Positions 1 through 12,542 are shown, counted from the first letter of the whole stretch. The stretch is 63,547 nt of DNA, filler included, from Collodictyon triciliatum (GCA_043381765.1; 56 parts of 56 records of this genome joined end to end with filler, not necessarily neighbours in it); one strand, 5' to 3'. The notes: generated by a model from the sequence alone, not told the origin. Numbers and translations: made by a program.

Positions 1-2
1 AA

Positions 3-143
3 ACAGAATACCTAATAAGATGGATAGGATATAAAGAAGAAGATGATACTTGGGAGCCAGAAGAGAACCTAAATAACTGCCGGAACTTGGTAGAAGAGTT
101 TGAACAAGCTGCGAGCTCGCAGCTAGGAAGGAGAGGGGAGTAG
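3..143 (+). mobile_element. C-terminal chromodomain of a Ty3/Gypsy (chromovirus) integrase, followed by the polypurine tract
   Basis: The frame from 3 reads [35 protein letters not shown]...RRGE*, the chromodomain signature YLxxWxGY...TWEPEENL. The purine run AGGAAGGAGAGGGGAG (125-140) lies immediately before TGTA. Confidence 0.88.
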
Positions 144-144
144 T

Positions 145-388
145 TGTAACAACTGGAATCCCAAGTGCGTCCTTGGAATCTGTGATCTGATTCTAAGACC
201 CATCTCGGAATTCTCCAAGTATGTTCTTAGAATCAGTCCAAAGAACCACCGTGGACTGCTCCAGGAACCTTCTCAGAAACCTCCCCTGAACCCTTCGTCC
301 AGGGGATATTTAACGAGTCCGTCGACTCGTTAATAGGTTGAGAATCATAAAGCAAGCCCATAGCAGAATAAAAGGACATCCCCATACA
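145..388 (+). mobile_element. 3' LTR of the chromovirus (~244 bp)
   Basis: Starts TGTA right after the PPT, contains AATAAA at ~367 and ends TACA at 388. An unrelated LINE RT frame resumes immediately after. Confidence 0.72.
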
Positions 389-390
389 CT

Positions 391-1042
391 GACTGCCTTG
401 CAAACCACTTCCGAAACGAAAACAAGGCACGCGACCAACTACTACTTCAATATGCAGACGACGCAGCTTTCATATTGCGGTCTCCCGAAGGCGCCACACT
501 CGCCAACAAATGCATGCAAGAATACACACGAGCTGTTGGCGGGAAAATCAACTATGAAAATATAGATGGAATTCTTTTTGGGTTTCAGGATGGACTTATG
601 TTTCCAGGAAACATTGTGTGGAAGCCACCGTCATATCCACTCAAGTATCTTGGCATCATCTTCGGTCCACAATCGGATAGCAAATGGACAAGCCTGGTTG
701 AGGACATCAAGTCGAAAATATCAGTGCGGAGCAACTTTCATCTCTAGGACGTGGCGAAAGTAAGGTTGTGGAACCAAGTGATGTTGTCGACCCTTATCTA
801 CAACATGAAAGGCACTTTGCTGAATCCCCAAAGGCTGAAGGAGCTGGAAGATATCCGCCGCAACTTCATCACTACGAATAATCAAAAATATAAAATCAAG
901 ACGCTCTCTAAGCCACCTACAGAGGGAGGACTGGGACTCATAACGCCTGGTATTGCATGGACATCGCTCACGATGAGATGGTGGACAGATATGCTTACCC
1001 ATCCGAAAGGATTCTGGCAGCGTGGAATGTGGCATCTCATCC
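391..1042 (+). mobile_element. Non-LTR retrotransposon (L1/Tx1-like) reverse transcriptase, domains 5-7 and thumb; interrupted
   Basis: LQYADDAAFIL (YADD at 451), GGKINYEN, KYLGIIFG and LSKPPTEGGLGL are all in one frame, with one in-frame TAG at 745-747. Confidence 0.9.
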
Positions 1043-1142
1043 NNNNNNNNNNNNNNNNNNNNNNNNNNNNNNNNNNNNNNNNNNNNTTAATTAATTAANN
1101 NNNNNNNNNNNNNNNNNNNNNNNNNNNNNNNNNNNNNNNNNN
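1043..1142. other. Artificial contig-joining spacer (44 N + TTAATTAATTAA + 44 N); first of ~55 identical spacers
   Basis: An identical 100-bp block recurs every ~1.13-1.14 kb. TTAATTAATTAA gives stops in all six frames. Flanking segments are unrelated to each other. Confidence 0.99.
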
Positions 1143-1228
<86 letters not shown>

Positions 1229-2101
1229 AAAAAATAAAAAAATAAAAAAATAAAAAATACGAATATAATCAAAGTCCATGTCCACAACGCAGTCAAGTCG
1301 CTCCTTCTGCAGAACGAAATCCTCTTCTGCACAAATAGCATCCTTCGAGAGCGCTTCTCACTCTTGAACAAGAGAGCAAACAAGGCCACAGCACAAGGAA
1401 ACTCTGACTAGTTCAAATAACAAATGACAAGGAGAAAAAAGTGCCGAATCAGACAGAACCATTCACACCCTGTTGTTACTTGAAACGTTTGGAGGGAAAA
1501 GAAATAAAAGAAAAGAAAAGAAAAGGAAAGAAAAGAAAACCCGACAGCACATGGATTTTCCTCTCTTTTATCCGTTCCCATCACTTTTTCTTCCTTTTCT
1601 TTCTTTGTTTCTTCCTGTCTTCCTGTCTTCCTGTCTTCCTGTCTTTCTGTCTTCTGCAAGCAGCAGAGCGGCAAGACCGGGGCCGTCAAGACAAGCACCG
1701 GCCCTCATTTGCCGCCCCACCGCGCCGCAGGACGAACGGAGGCCCATCGGGGGCGACGCACTCGGGGTGGTCTGAGCCGGGCAGCCGACAGATGGGGACG
1801 GGGCAGAGAGGGGACGATCGGGTGCTGGCGGGGTGCAGCCACAGCCACAGCCACAGCCACAGCCACAGCCGCAGATGCCACAGATGACGGACCTCTGACC
1901 TCCCCCGTGTCACCCTCGCGTTCTGGGCCCTCCCGGCGCCCTCCCCCTTCGGCCCCTCTGCGACGGCACGCCGCACGAAATTAAAATATCCCCGCCCGTC
2001 TTTGATCCCCGCTCGCCTGAATGTATCCGCAGACTCCTTATTTTTTATTTTTTTTTTTATTCCTCACCCAATTCTTGTTTTTCAAATGCCTTGGAAATAA
2101 A

Positions 2102-2149
<48 letters not shown>

Positions 2150-2285
2150 TAAAAAAAAAAAACACCCAAAAAAAAAAAAAAAANNNNNNNNNNNNNNNNN
2201 NNNNNNNNNNNNNNNNNNNNNNNNNNNTTAATTAATTAANNNNNNNNNNNNNNNNNNNNNNNNNNNNNNNNNNNNNNNNNNNNAT

Positions 2286-3272
2286 CAAATCAGTACATGT
2301 TATCTTACATATGATGTTGTTCGTATGGCTCCAGAATATCATCAACAGCTGCAGTCAAGTATTCAACGAGGAATTCCCCTGCAAATTCCGTACAAGACTT
2401 GGAGAACGTCTATGTACAGCTTACCATCTGGTCAACAAACGCTACATGTTTTTAATATCAACGATACAGTTAAATCACTAAATGCTGTGTATATTGCGTT
2501 TTTCAAGCAGCGAGAGCAAGGCACATTTTTGGTTCCTGGCAAAGATAGAAAGCACAAACCCCCAACACTTGTTGACGCCCAGCTTCAGCTTGGTTCGTTT
2601 TATTATCCTTTGCAGCCAATGGATTGTGAAGGAAATGCACCCCAAGCATTCTTGGAGCTGCAAAAGGCGCTGGGTCTTACTCACGTGAGAAGTGAATACA
2701 CTGGGCCATTCGGGTTTGATGGCCGAAACTTTGTTGGAAATTATTTAAATAATAGACAGAATTTGCAAACAGCATAATTTTCAATAACTGTACCTGAACA
2801 AGCTGCTAATGGAGCTGCGCAATTTGTTACTAGCCCGGCAACCATAGTAGATGATAATGGTACGGCACTAAACGGACCAGTGTTATCAGCTTCTCGAGCT
2901 GCCAGTAATGCAGCTCAAGCTAAACCCGCGTTCACTTCTACTATTAATGCAAATACAAATCATAGCGCTTTCGAGTTCACTGCTAATGCAAGTGATGTTA
3001 CATTGGACATAAAAAATTATTATCGATGCGCTTGCCAAGGACCTGCCAGTGAATTTATGATTGGCTTCAATCTCCGTAAGGTGCTTGATGCAGTCGAAGG
3101 GGAAATAGTCGGTACAGACATTCAGTCATCCGGTAGCGGTTTAATGTCATTGCGATTAAATTTCAATGCTGCTATTGGTGACACTGACGGGCCGTACAAT
3201 ATCATTGTTGCATCGCTATATGACGCTGTCCTCGAAATTCAATCCAACCAGCAGACTTTCCGCGTAGAATAA
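2286..3272 (+). CDS. Polinton-like virus (PLV) major capsid protein, C-terminal half; one in-frame TAA at 2775-2777
   Basis: ORFs 2325-2777 and 2880-3272 share a frame that is open from 2286 apart from one TAA. Motifs resemble the PLV double-jelly-roll MCP C-half: TVKSLNAVYIAF, AQLQLGSFYYPLQP, QAFLELQKALG, FMIGFNL, GTDIQ, LRLNF, terminal YDAVLEI. Intronless. Confidence 0.78.
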
Positions 3273-3288
3273 AATATTTATATAAGTA

Positions 3289-3324
3289 ATGGAACCGATT
3301 ACAATAATCTCATTACTTATGACT
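3289..3324 (+). CDS. Start of a small hydrophobic ORF (MEPITIISLLMT...) just downstream of the capsid gene, truncated by the contig end
   Basis: ATG lies 16 bp after the MCP stop, a virus-like compact spacing. Confidence 0.45.
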
Positions 3325-3450
3325 NNNNNNNNNNNNNNNNNNNNNNNNNNNNNNNNNNNNNNNNNNNNTTAATTAATTAANNNNNNNNNNNNNNNNNNNN
3401 NNNNNNNNNNNNNNNNNNNNNNNNTTGTTGTTATTGTTGTTATTGTTATT

Positions 3451-3492
3451 GGCATAACCTCGCTACACTTTGAATCGAATAAAGGAAAAAAA
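3451..3492 (+). mobile_element. Ultra-short poly(A)-tailed retroposon, copy A
   Basis: GGCATAACCTCGCTACACTTTGAATCGAATAAAGG(A)n, identical to the copies at 22013-22056 (minus) and 55141-55180. Confidence 0.85.
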
Positions 3493-4344
3493 TTGGTATT
3501 ATTGTCACTGTCATTAATGTCGGTTCCATCAAGTCAGGTTGTTAAAAACATGCTTTGGTGCTTCTAGTTAATGATATTTCAAAAAATGTAGCTTTCTGTA
3601 TCTGGTATTAATTTCTGTGACCAATACTTTACTCGCTATCAGGACGTTATGGCTATGTCTGGCATAGTCACAGATGACGCGCTAGAGGTTTGAAATTTAT
3701 ATCAAACATCTCAATACTATGGTCCATAACAGTACATATCACCAAAGAAGTACTCAGTTGTATTCGTTATTGTAGTGGATTTGTTTTTTAGTAACAGAAC
3801 GGGGAAAATACATGGATCATTCTCTATTTGTCTTTTTTCTTTTTGAAAAAAATGTATGAGTTGTTATGATGTCTTCGTTATTAAATCCAGAAAGAACCCC
3901 CAGTAAACACCGGTATTCATTTAAATTCTATTATTTGAAGGACCCAGAACTAACCCCATCGGACTTACCAGGGCCTTTTTTTATTCTCAGTGAGCATTTT
4001 ATTGTTAATGAGTAAACTTTGGATCGTCATATCTATTCATATCAAGTACGTCGGAGTGAAAAATGATGATAAATGTTTCCTATTATTTTGTAGCAAATCA
4101 GGTCGAAGGTGATTTCTTGAGGTCAGGTAACCAAATTAATTTTGCATTATTACCGGGGGCAAGATAAACGCTACATGCTTTTAATGCATATCCATTTGAT
4201 TAGGGTTCTCCATAAATGAGATATATGAAATCATCGGCTCTGTGGAGAGATGGCAATGCAGTGAAGCCTGCGAGCGGAAAACATGGAAACTTGATCCTTT
4301 GATTCGAATTCGGGTAAATATTCTGTAAATGACAACATTCATGG

Positions 4345-4377
<33 letters not shown>

Positions 4378-6049
4378 TGTATGTATGTATGTATGTATGT
4401 ATGTATGTATGTATGTATGTATGTATGTATGTATGTATGTATGTATGTATGTATGTATGTATGTANNNNNNNNNNNNNNNNNNNNNNNNNNNNNNNNNNN
4501 NNNNNNNNNTTAATTAATTAANNNNNNNNNNNNNNNNNNNNNNNNNNNNNNNNNNNNNNNNNNNNCAATTCAGCGTACTTGTCAAGCCCCGATTGAAGGC
4601 AGTTGTGTGTTTCAGATAAACATGAAGATCTACTTGGTATGGAAGCTAACTCCATAGATCATACACATCCACCCATGTATATTAAGGAAAGGCTCAACCT
4701 GCAGGGAGCTATTTTTGAAGATAGTTCTGAATGAAAAAAAGAAGATCAATAAGTTTCTATAAAGTCTTGGTTACTAATAATAAAATATCAAAGGAAAAGA
4801 TATGACTGGATTGAATTAATAAAAAGCACATCAAGATGACAGTGAAAACAACAACAAAAAAACTGGTAAGAGTGTGAAAAAGATCGAGATAAATATTGAA
4901 TAGAATAGAAAAAATAAAATAGTAACATATGAGAAGAGTATATATGTGTGTAAATTGTAAAATCAAATAACGAATAATAAAAAGAACTGTTGTGAGAAGG
5001 TTACAAGGAGAAGAAATATACTTAGAGAGCACATAGCGAAGAATAAAGAATATAGGTGAAAAAAGAGAATAAAAACAAGAAAGAATGAGATGATGGTCAC
5101 AAATCATGTCAGCAAGTATGAAAAGAATAGAAAAAAACAAGAGAACAAAAACGAAGAAAAGAATGTATGCTTTGTGATTGGAAAAAAGAGAAAAATATAA
5201 CAATAAGAATGTTAAAAATCAGAGCAATAATATACAAACAAAACATAATGTTAATATCTATTTACAAAAAGAAATGTTCAAATACATGGAAAAGCCTTCT
5301 GAAGGTGCTGCAGTCTATAATGTGACATTATAGTTCTACCATTGGAAACCAGGTTCATCTCGAATAGGAAAGAAAATATCAATATAGAAATATTACTTTG
5401 GCAATATGTTCTTTGAATATATTAGAATATGATTAGGATGAACAAAGCCCTGCCGGCCGGTCAAAAATGTGAAGCGAGATGAACGGTTCATCCCAGGTTC
5501 ATCCCAATTTACTAATGCCGGCCGGCGGGGCCATGTACTGCAGGTATTAGAAGTGACAGAGAATTTTCGGAGAGCCACGGATTTTCTCACGGCATGTCCA
5601 TGTTTGNNNNNNNNNNNNNNNNNNNNNNNNNNNNNNNNNNNNNNNNNNNNTTAATTAATTAANNNNNNNNNNNNNNNNNNNNNNNNNNNNNNNNNNNNNN
5701 NNNNNNTGTTGTTTTGTTGTTTTGTTGTTTTGTTGTTTTGTTGTTTTGTTGTTTTGTTGTTTTGTTGTTTTGTTGTTTTGTTGTTTTGTTGTTTTGTTGT
5801 TTTGTTGTTTTGTTGTTTTGTTGTTACTTTGTTGTTGCTTTGTTGTTGCTTTGTTGTTGCTTTGTTGTTTTTTGCTGTTGCTTTGTTGTTTTTTGCTGTT
5901 GCTTTGTTGTTTTGTGGCTAAACTACCCGGCCACTTTATGCCTCGAGTGCAACGAAACACAGCGCAAGCAGCACACCAGCCAGAAAGCAAAGTTGGTTTA
6001 GGGGGGAGCACAAAGAAGAAGAAAAGCGACGAACAAAGACGGAGCAGGC

Positions 6050-6592
6050 ATGTCGTTCAAGACTACGCTGCGCTTCTTGGACACACCTCCCGAGAGCCGC
6101 CGCTGCTTCCTTCTCCACCGTTCTGATGCGAAGTCGGCCTCCCTTGCAAAGTCTGCTGCAGGGTTTGTCCGACCAGCGTTACTTTCCGGCAACAAAATAC
6201 TCGACTTGTGCTGATGAGCCGTGTGTCTTCTTCGTGAGAGATGCTAAACAATCGACAGGCTTCTCACACCCCCGCACACACACCACACACAGATTCCTGG
6301 AGCGGATGTTTGGCATAAAGTCTTTCATGGCAGACACGTCGTACACGCCAAAGTCACAAGGTTTGGACATCTATGCAATTCTACAGAATGCTCTTCGGCT
6401 CTGGCGCTCTGTCGTTGGTTTCGTCTGTGTAGGTGTTGATGCAGTTATGATGTAGATGAAATTATTGATGTGGGACTTGCTGTGTGTTTTGGTGGAGATG
6501 GAACACTATTGCATATGAGCAGAGTATTCCAGCATCAGTGTCCGCCCATCCTCTCTGTTTGCACGGGATCTGTAGGATTCATGATGGGAAAT
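6050..6592 (+). CDS. NADK: NAD(+) kinase, 5' exons
   Basis: Spliced frame MSFKTTLRFL...|FLERMFGIKSF...|DEIIDVGLAVCFGGDGTLLHMSRVFQHQCPPILSVCTGSVGFM carries the GGDGT and GSxGF NAD-kinase motifs. GT-AG introns keep the frame. Confidence 0.85.
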
Positions 6593-6609
6593 GGTGCTTG
6601 GATGAACCA

Positions 6610-6711
<102 letters not shown>

Positions 6712-9125
6712 AAAGGCAAAAAGATGATTTAAACATATGACGAAATNNNNNNNNNNNNNNNNNNNNNNNNNNNNNNNNNNNNNNNNNNNNTTAATTAATT
6801 AANNNNNNNNNNNNNNNNNNNNNNNNNNNNNNNNNNNNNNNNNNNNAAGTGGAAAAGCAGAAAAGCAGAAAAGTAGAGAAACAGAAAAAACATGGTAGAG
6901 AGAATTGCTTACCAGGGCCATCCTTCCTGAAAAAGGTGGATAAGGCAAGGCCACAGCAGTTCCCTCACACTCCTTTGTAAATATCCAGAAGCAATTTATG
7001 TTCGTGTATTCAGCGCAAGCCGAAAAGCGGAGAGATAAGATGCAAGGGCAGAAAGTCCAAAAAGATTTGGCGAACGCTGTTTGGCTTTTCAGGACTTCGG
7101 TTTAACCAGACACAAATGTTGGTTCTCTTTTCTTTTCTTCATCAAGCATCATATTCATTTTTTAAAAAAATTAACAAAAAGTAAGCTTTTAAAAAAGCAA
7201 TTGCGTGCAAGCAAGGTTCGGGGCGGTCTGTTATCAGGCGTTTTCTGTTTCATGCGGCCTTTTTGGGTGCTGTGGGTTTGGTATTACATCTGTAATCAAG
7301 GGACCTATGCATATGCTTTGGTTATTTGCTTTATAAATCATGGCGTCTTACTCGTCCGGTGTCATTGCTGCGATGAAAACATAGTTATCCCACTCAAGGC
7401 CTTATGTGATACAAGAATTGCTCCTCGCTATGTTTTTAATTACAGAAACGAATCGTCCTTTATGAAAAGAAAAAAAACCAAATATCTGTCACTGTATCGT
7501 ATACTCACGAAGTAGCATACAAAAAGTCATATTTATGCCATTATGATGGTATTGCCACCCAAATTGTATATCTATTATTCATTTTATGTAATTTCCAGTT
7601 TAGTGCCACAATCGATCATTCGATTGTCTCATGATGCTTTTCTTTTTTGCGCTTAACTAATCAGCAATAAAAGCGCATTGCGACACAACATACAAGAAAC
7701 ACACACGAGGCACGAGACCTGTGAAAGTAACAACGAGCGGCAAAGCGGCAAAGCGGCAAAGCAGTCGAGGCGCGAAAGAACGAAATGGTCGCAACGCTTT
7801 TTCAACTCGAGATCGAACACCATTAAAACAACGCACTATTTTTCTTTCTATTCAGGCTCATCACACTTCGCCCAACGCAGCAAGCANNNNNNNNNNNNNN
7901 NNNNNNNNNNNNNNNNNNNNNNNNNNNNNNTTAATTAATTAANNNNNNNNNNNNNNNNNNNNNNNNNNNNNNNNNNNNNNNNNNNNTTTTTTGTTTTTTG
8001 TTTTTTGTTTTTTGTTTTTTGTTTTTTGTTTTTTGTTTTTTGTTTTTTGTCTTTGGTCTTTGGTTTTTGGTCTTTGGTTTTTGGTTTTTGGTTTTTGGTT
8101 TTTGGTTCTTGTTTTTTGCTTTTTGTTTTTTGGTTCTTGTTTTTTGCTTTTTGTTTTTTGTTTTTATCCTTTTGTTTTTGTTTTGTGCTTTTTTCTTTTT
8201 TGGTTCTTTGTTTTTTTATTTATTTCTTTTTTCTTTTTGCTTTTTTTGTTTCTTTGGCTCTTTCTTTTTGAGGTATGCTCAGGCGTTGAACGAAGCGAAG
8301 CGAAGGGCGTGTCATCTCTCTTCTGTTGTCATCGCGGTTGCATCCTCGGCAGATGAGCGATACAGACGCAGTAGTCAGTAAAAAATTGGTGATCATTTTA
8401 TCTAGGTGTCATTATATTATTACAAAAATAGGGTATTTAATGTTTTGAATAGTCAGAGAATCGTTACACATACTTTTGTAAATAATTATACTATATTTTC
8501 CAGAATTGAACACCTATCACAACCTTATCCACAAGCCAATCCATCTAACAAACCGTGTTTATTTTTAGCCTGTCTGATTCACGCAGCCTTCGTATTGAAA
8601 CAACATAAAAAAGTTCGTGAATGGCAAAAGTATTGCTACACACGAAAACCACAAACGACCTCAGAGAAAGCTGGACAGGAAATACGCAAACGACACCGTT
8701 TCACAACGCAAATCTGTCAACCAAGCCTGCGGTGGCGCACAAGGGCAACTACAAATGGCGATGTGAAGTTGCAAAGCACGAAAGATGAATGCTGGATGCA
8801 GAGGATTTGAGCTTTCGTCGACAATAACAGACATCCATTCAAGTCTATGGGGAAATGTCTTTTCTCTCTCTCTCTCTCTTTTCTTTTTTCTTTCTTCTGC
8901 CAGTAATTCTATGATGTTGTCCAGGCTAAAGAGAGATAGCCATGCCTGCAAAAACACTGGTATTTGGGGCAGAAATATTGTATGATTTAGAAAAGATGAA
9001 TGAATAGATAAAGAAGAGAAGTAAANNNNNNNNNNNNNNNNNNNNNNNNNNNNNNNNNNNNNNNNNNNNTTAATTAATTAANNNNNNNNNNNNNNNNNNN
9101 NNNNNNNNNNNNNNNNNNNNNNNNN

Positions 9126-9620
9126 AGTGGTGAATCCATTGAGCACACATTTGTGCAATGTCCCGTCGCTCAAAACCTGTGCGAAACAGCCGGTGAGATT
9201 CTTCGACTGACACTCAAGACGGCTGTAGCTGTTGGCCCAATCCAGGCGATATTTGGCCCTCTGCAACAGCTGCGTCCAGAGGCAAAAAAAATTCTGGGCA
9301 GTGACGCGAGGCCATTTGATATGGACTATGTGGATAGCACGCACATAGTCACGTAAGGCAAGACTCAACAACCAGCCACCCATTCCCGATAATAGGCTGG
9401 ATGACATCATACAAATCTCCTTCCTCAACAACTTTCTTCGCCACCTGCACGTTCTCTCCTACTCAGACCCTGTGAGAAGAGACACGTGGAAAGAAGCTAA
9501 GAGATTCAACCTCGCCTTGTATTTCTCATGCAAGCACAAGACCCAGAACACAGGCCAAACCGCAGGATGCAACTCCTGATTATCGACTACTTCTCCGCCA
9601 CCCGGCCACCAGGTAGCGTT
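9126..9620 (+). mobile_element. Degenerate LINE ORF2 C-terminus (zinc-knuckle region), copy 1
   Basis: ESIEHTFVQCP (ExxxHxxxxC knuckle) and a WTMW..R motif, with frameshifts and a TAG at 9346. Closely similar to 14821-15330. Confidence 0.8.
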
Positions 9621-10264
9621 AGTGCAAAAGAAGGCTGGCACCTTGGAGACAGGAACTTCATCTCCACACGCAAAGAAAATTAAACAAAAATAAAAAATGG
9701 CAAAGAATGACCCAGTAAGATGGGTTTAGAAGCAAAGTAAATTGGCTTTGACTTCGGCTTCGTGAAAAAATAAGTTAATCGAGCGCGATGGATTCTTTGA
9801 ACGATGCATTTAAACAGAGCTTTGCATCAAATAGTGGAACGAGTTTACTCAGGAACTGAGTTGTAGTGCGTCAGCATAGTTCATATACATATATTTATCA
9901 CGGGCAAAAGGCATTTAATCGAACAAAAAAAGATAATCAAGTACAGCATTATATCCAAATGGAAAGTTCATTTTTTTTAAATAAAATTAGCGACTTTCAC
10001 ATGTTGCGTCTACTGGTTACGCATTCATCGTCTGATTTAAATCAGTCGCGACACTTGGACTTTGCCGGAAGTTAGGCCTCGGATTGAATCCAAGTCAGGG
10101 CCTTTGGTAGTTACAGCTTTTAAGGATTGTATGTAGAAGCTCGACCCACAATAGATATATTTAGNNNNNNNNNNNNNNNNNNNNNNNNNNNNNNNNNNNN
10201 NNNNNNNNTTAATTAATTAANNNNNNNNNNNNNNNNNNNNNNNNNNNNNNNNNNNNNNNNNNNN

Positions 10265-11160
10265 ATTACTACACGCCAGTACCAAAGTTATGGAAGTTCA
10301 ACATAAGTAATTCAATATATAAATATACATAAGATTTTGTTTTAATTCATGTCTTTCGAAATGGTTATAAATATGAGAACTTGAGAAGAGGTTGTGTGTT
10401 TATGCAAGTTCATAAACTAAGAACCATTCTAGCCCTAGGAAGGTGGATTGAGCCTGTCGAATTACCTCAAAAATACCCTTACTTCAGTGTTGGTTGTATG
10501 TCAGTTCATGGCCATACTATTTTTGTCATTGGAGAGGTTATTAATTCAAATTGGGAAGTAGCAGTGCACCTGGTGATGGCAAATATTGGTTGGTATACAA
10601 TTTAGTCATATCATTGGATTCATATTCCTGTTATTAATGCTTAGCTTAGGTATTTGATATGATTAAGTGAGTATAATAATTAATGTACAGAAACGAATGA
10701 AATTGAGGAGTTGACAACGATACCTCATTATTTTCAAAGAAATTATCCTATTATCTCGCCCTCTCCAAGACAATACGCCCTTTCATCTGCATTTGAGGGA
10801 AAGTTTATACTAATTGGAGGCTTGACCTCTTCCAATCCGCATAATGACTTTTGGATTTTCGATGGAGGTTCTAACCCTATTTTTTTTTTTAGACTGGAAG
10901 CTTTCCAATATGATTTTTGATTCTTTTTTGGTATAATTCATGCAGTTAAAAATCATAGCCATATAAAAGGGGGAAAAAATGAAGATTAATGATAAATTAG
11001 TGAAAAAGCAGTGGATTGACAGCAGCTTATCAAGATATCCTCTCGGTAGAATAAAACCTTACGTTTCTGTCATCGATAAAGATAGCTATGCAGTATTTGG
11101 AGGCACCATATATCATTCGAATATACAGCCAACAAACGACCTTTGGATTCTGAGTACAGG
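10265..11160 (+). CDS. Kelch-repeat protein exons
   Basis: PSPRQYALSSAFEGKFILIGG...NDFWIFD and PLGRIKP...YAVFGG...NDLWILST Kelch motifs in separate exons. Confidence 0.75.
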
Positions 11161-11403
11161 TAAGATATTTTATATGTGTAATCACGTATTTCGACCGTGC
11201 GAGCGTATCAAAAGATAAATATTTTAGAGGGGAATAGCCGGTGGAGCAGACTTTCACAAGAGTCACTTTGTCATCCGAGTCAGTTGGATTGTGCGCCTGC
11301 TGTNNNNNNNNNNNNNNNNNNNNNNNNNNNNNNNNNNNNNNNNNNNNTTAATTAATTAANNNNNNNNNNNNNNNNNNNNNNNNNNNNNNNNNNNNNNNNN
11401 NNN

Positions 11404-11435
<32 letters not shown>

Positions 11436-11635
11436 CATAATGCAACCAACAAATATCCACCCAAGCAAGTTTCCAAAGCACATAACTATACGACTTTTTA
11501 TGGGACACAATATAGCGATATAACCTTAATACAAAACGCAAGGTAGCCCATCAAAATAAATGCATACTTAAAAATGGAAGGAATAATGGAGGTGAATTAA
11601 ACCAAGATGGGAAAGTTGATTTGCAATATAAGTAC

Positions 11636-12250
11636 CTCCACCAATAACAAACACGTTTTCAATCTCACGCTTATATTTCCCCAGAGAAACAAGTTCATGG
11701 GCATCCTCAAACGATGCTGCAACTTCAATATTCGGATTCCTGTTAAATTAAGAGATTAAATGATGAATAGGTGAATATAAAATAAGCTAAAAATAGTTGG
11801 TAGAAGATGAGATTCGCGTGGACAAAATGCAAAATATATTTACGCAGACGAATAACATATACATATTGAGGAACATCAAGTCATTATAGCATCTCTTAGA
11901 AGTTACTGTAAGCATGAGTAAATGGTCATTCAACGACGATACTCACTTGTCGGTGTTGGCAAATGTGCTGCTGATAACAACATTGAGCCGATTCGGAAGA
12001 GGCCTGCGGTTGAGCGGAATCGAATCCCACGTTTTGCGACCCATGATGATTGCATTGCGCTTTGTCGCATCGGCCACGACGCTTGTCTTTGTGCGAAAGT
12101 GGCTCAAGTCGCCTGGCAGAGACCACGGAAGAGTGCCGTTCAGCCCGATGCCGTTTGCTGACTCAGTGGCCGCAACGACTATCTCGAAGTCTTTCACTGT
12201 GCGCCGAAGTGGGGTGTTGCGAAAGTGAGAAGATAGAATTGCGCGACATA
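11636..12250 (-). CDS. DHFR: Dihydrofolate reductase (N-terminal exons; start not resolved, TS fusion not determinable)
   Basis: IVVAA..NGIGLNGTLPWSLPGDLSHFR..T, NAIIMGRKTWDSIP..RPLPNRLNVVIS. Second exon 11636-11739 reads NPNIEVAASFEDA...IENVFVIGG. Confidence 0.95.
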
Positions 12251-12350
12251 TCCTTGCTTTTTGTTTTCTTGTTTTCTTGTTTTCTTGTTTTCTTGTTTTC
12301 TTGTTTTCTTGTTTTCTTGTTTTCTTGTTTTCTTGTTTTCTTGTTTTCTT

Positions 12351-12442
<92 letters not shown>

Positions 12443-12542
12443 NNNNNNNNNNNNNNNNNNNNNNNNNNNNNNNNNNNNNNNNNNNNTTAATTAATTAANN
12501 NNNNNNNNNNNNNNNNNNNNNNNNNNNNNNNNNNNNNNNNNN

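Noticed and set aside
4757-5203. 148-aa very hydrophobic ORF resembling a membrane or mitochondrial protein
   Set aside because: It arises from a purine/A-rich low-complexity strand and has no recognisable motifs.
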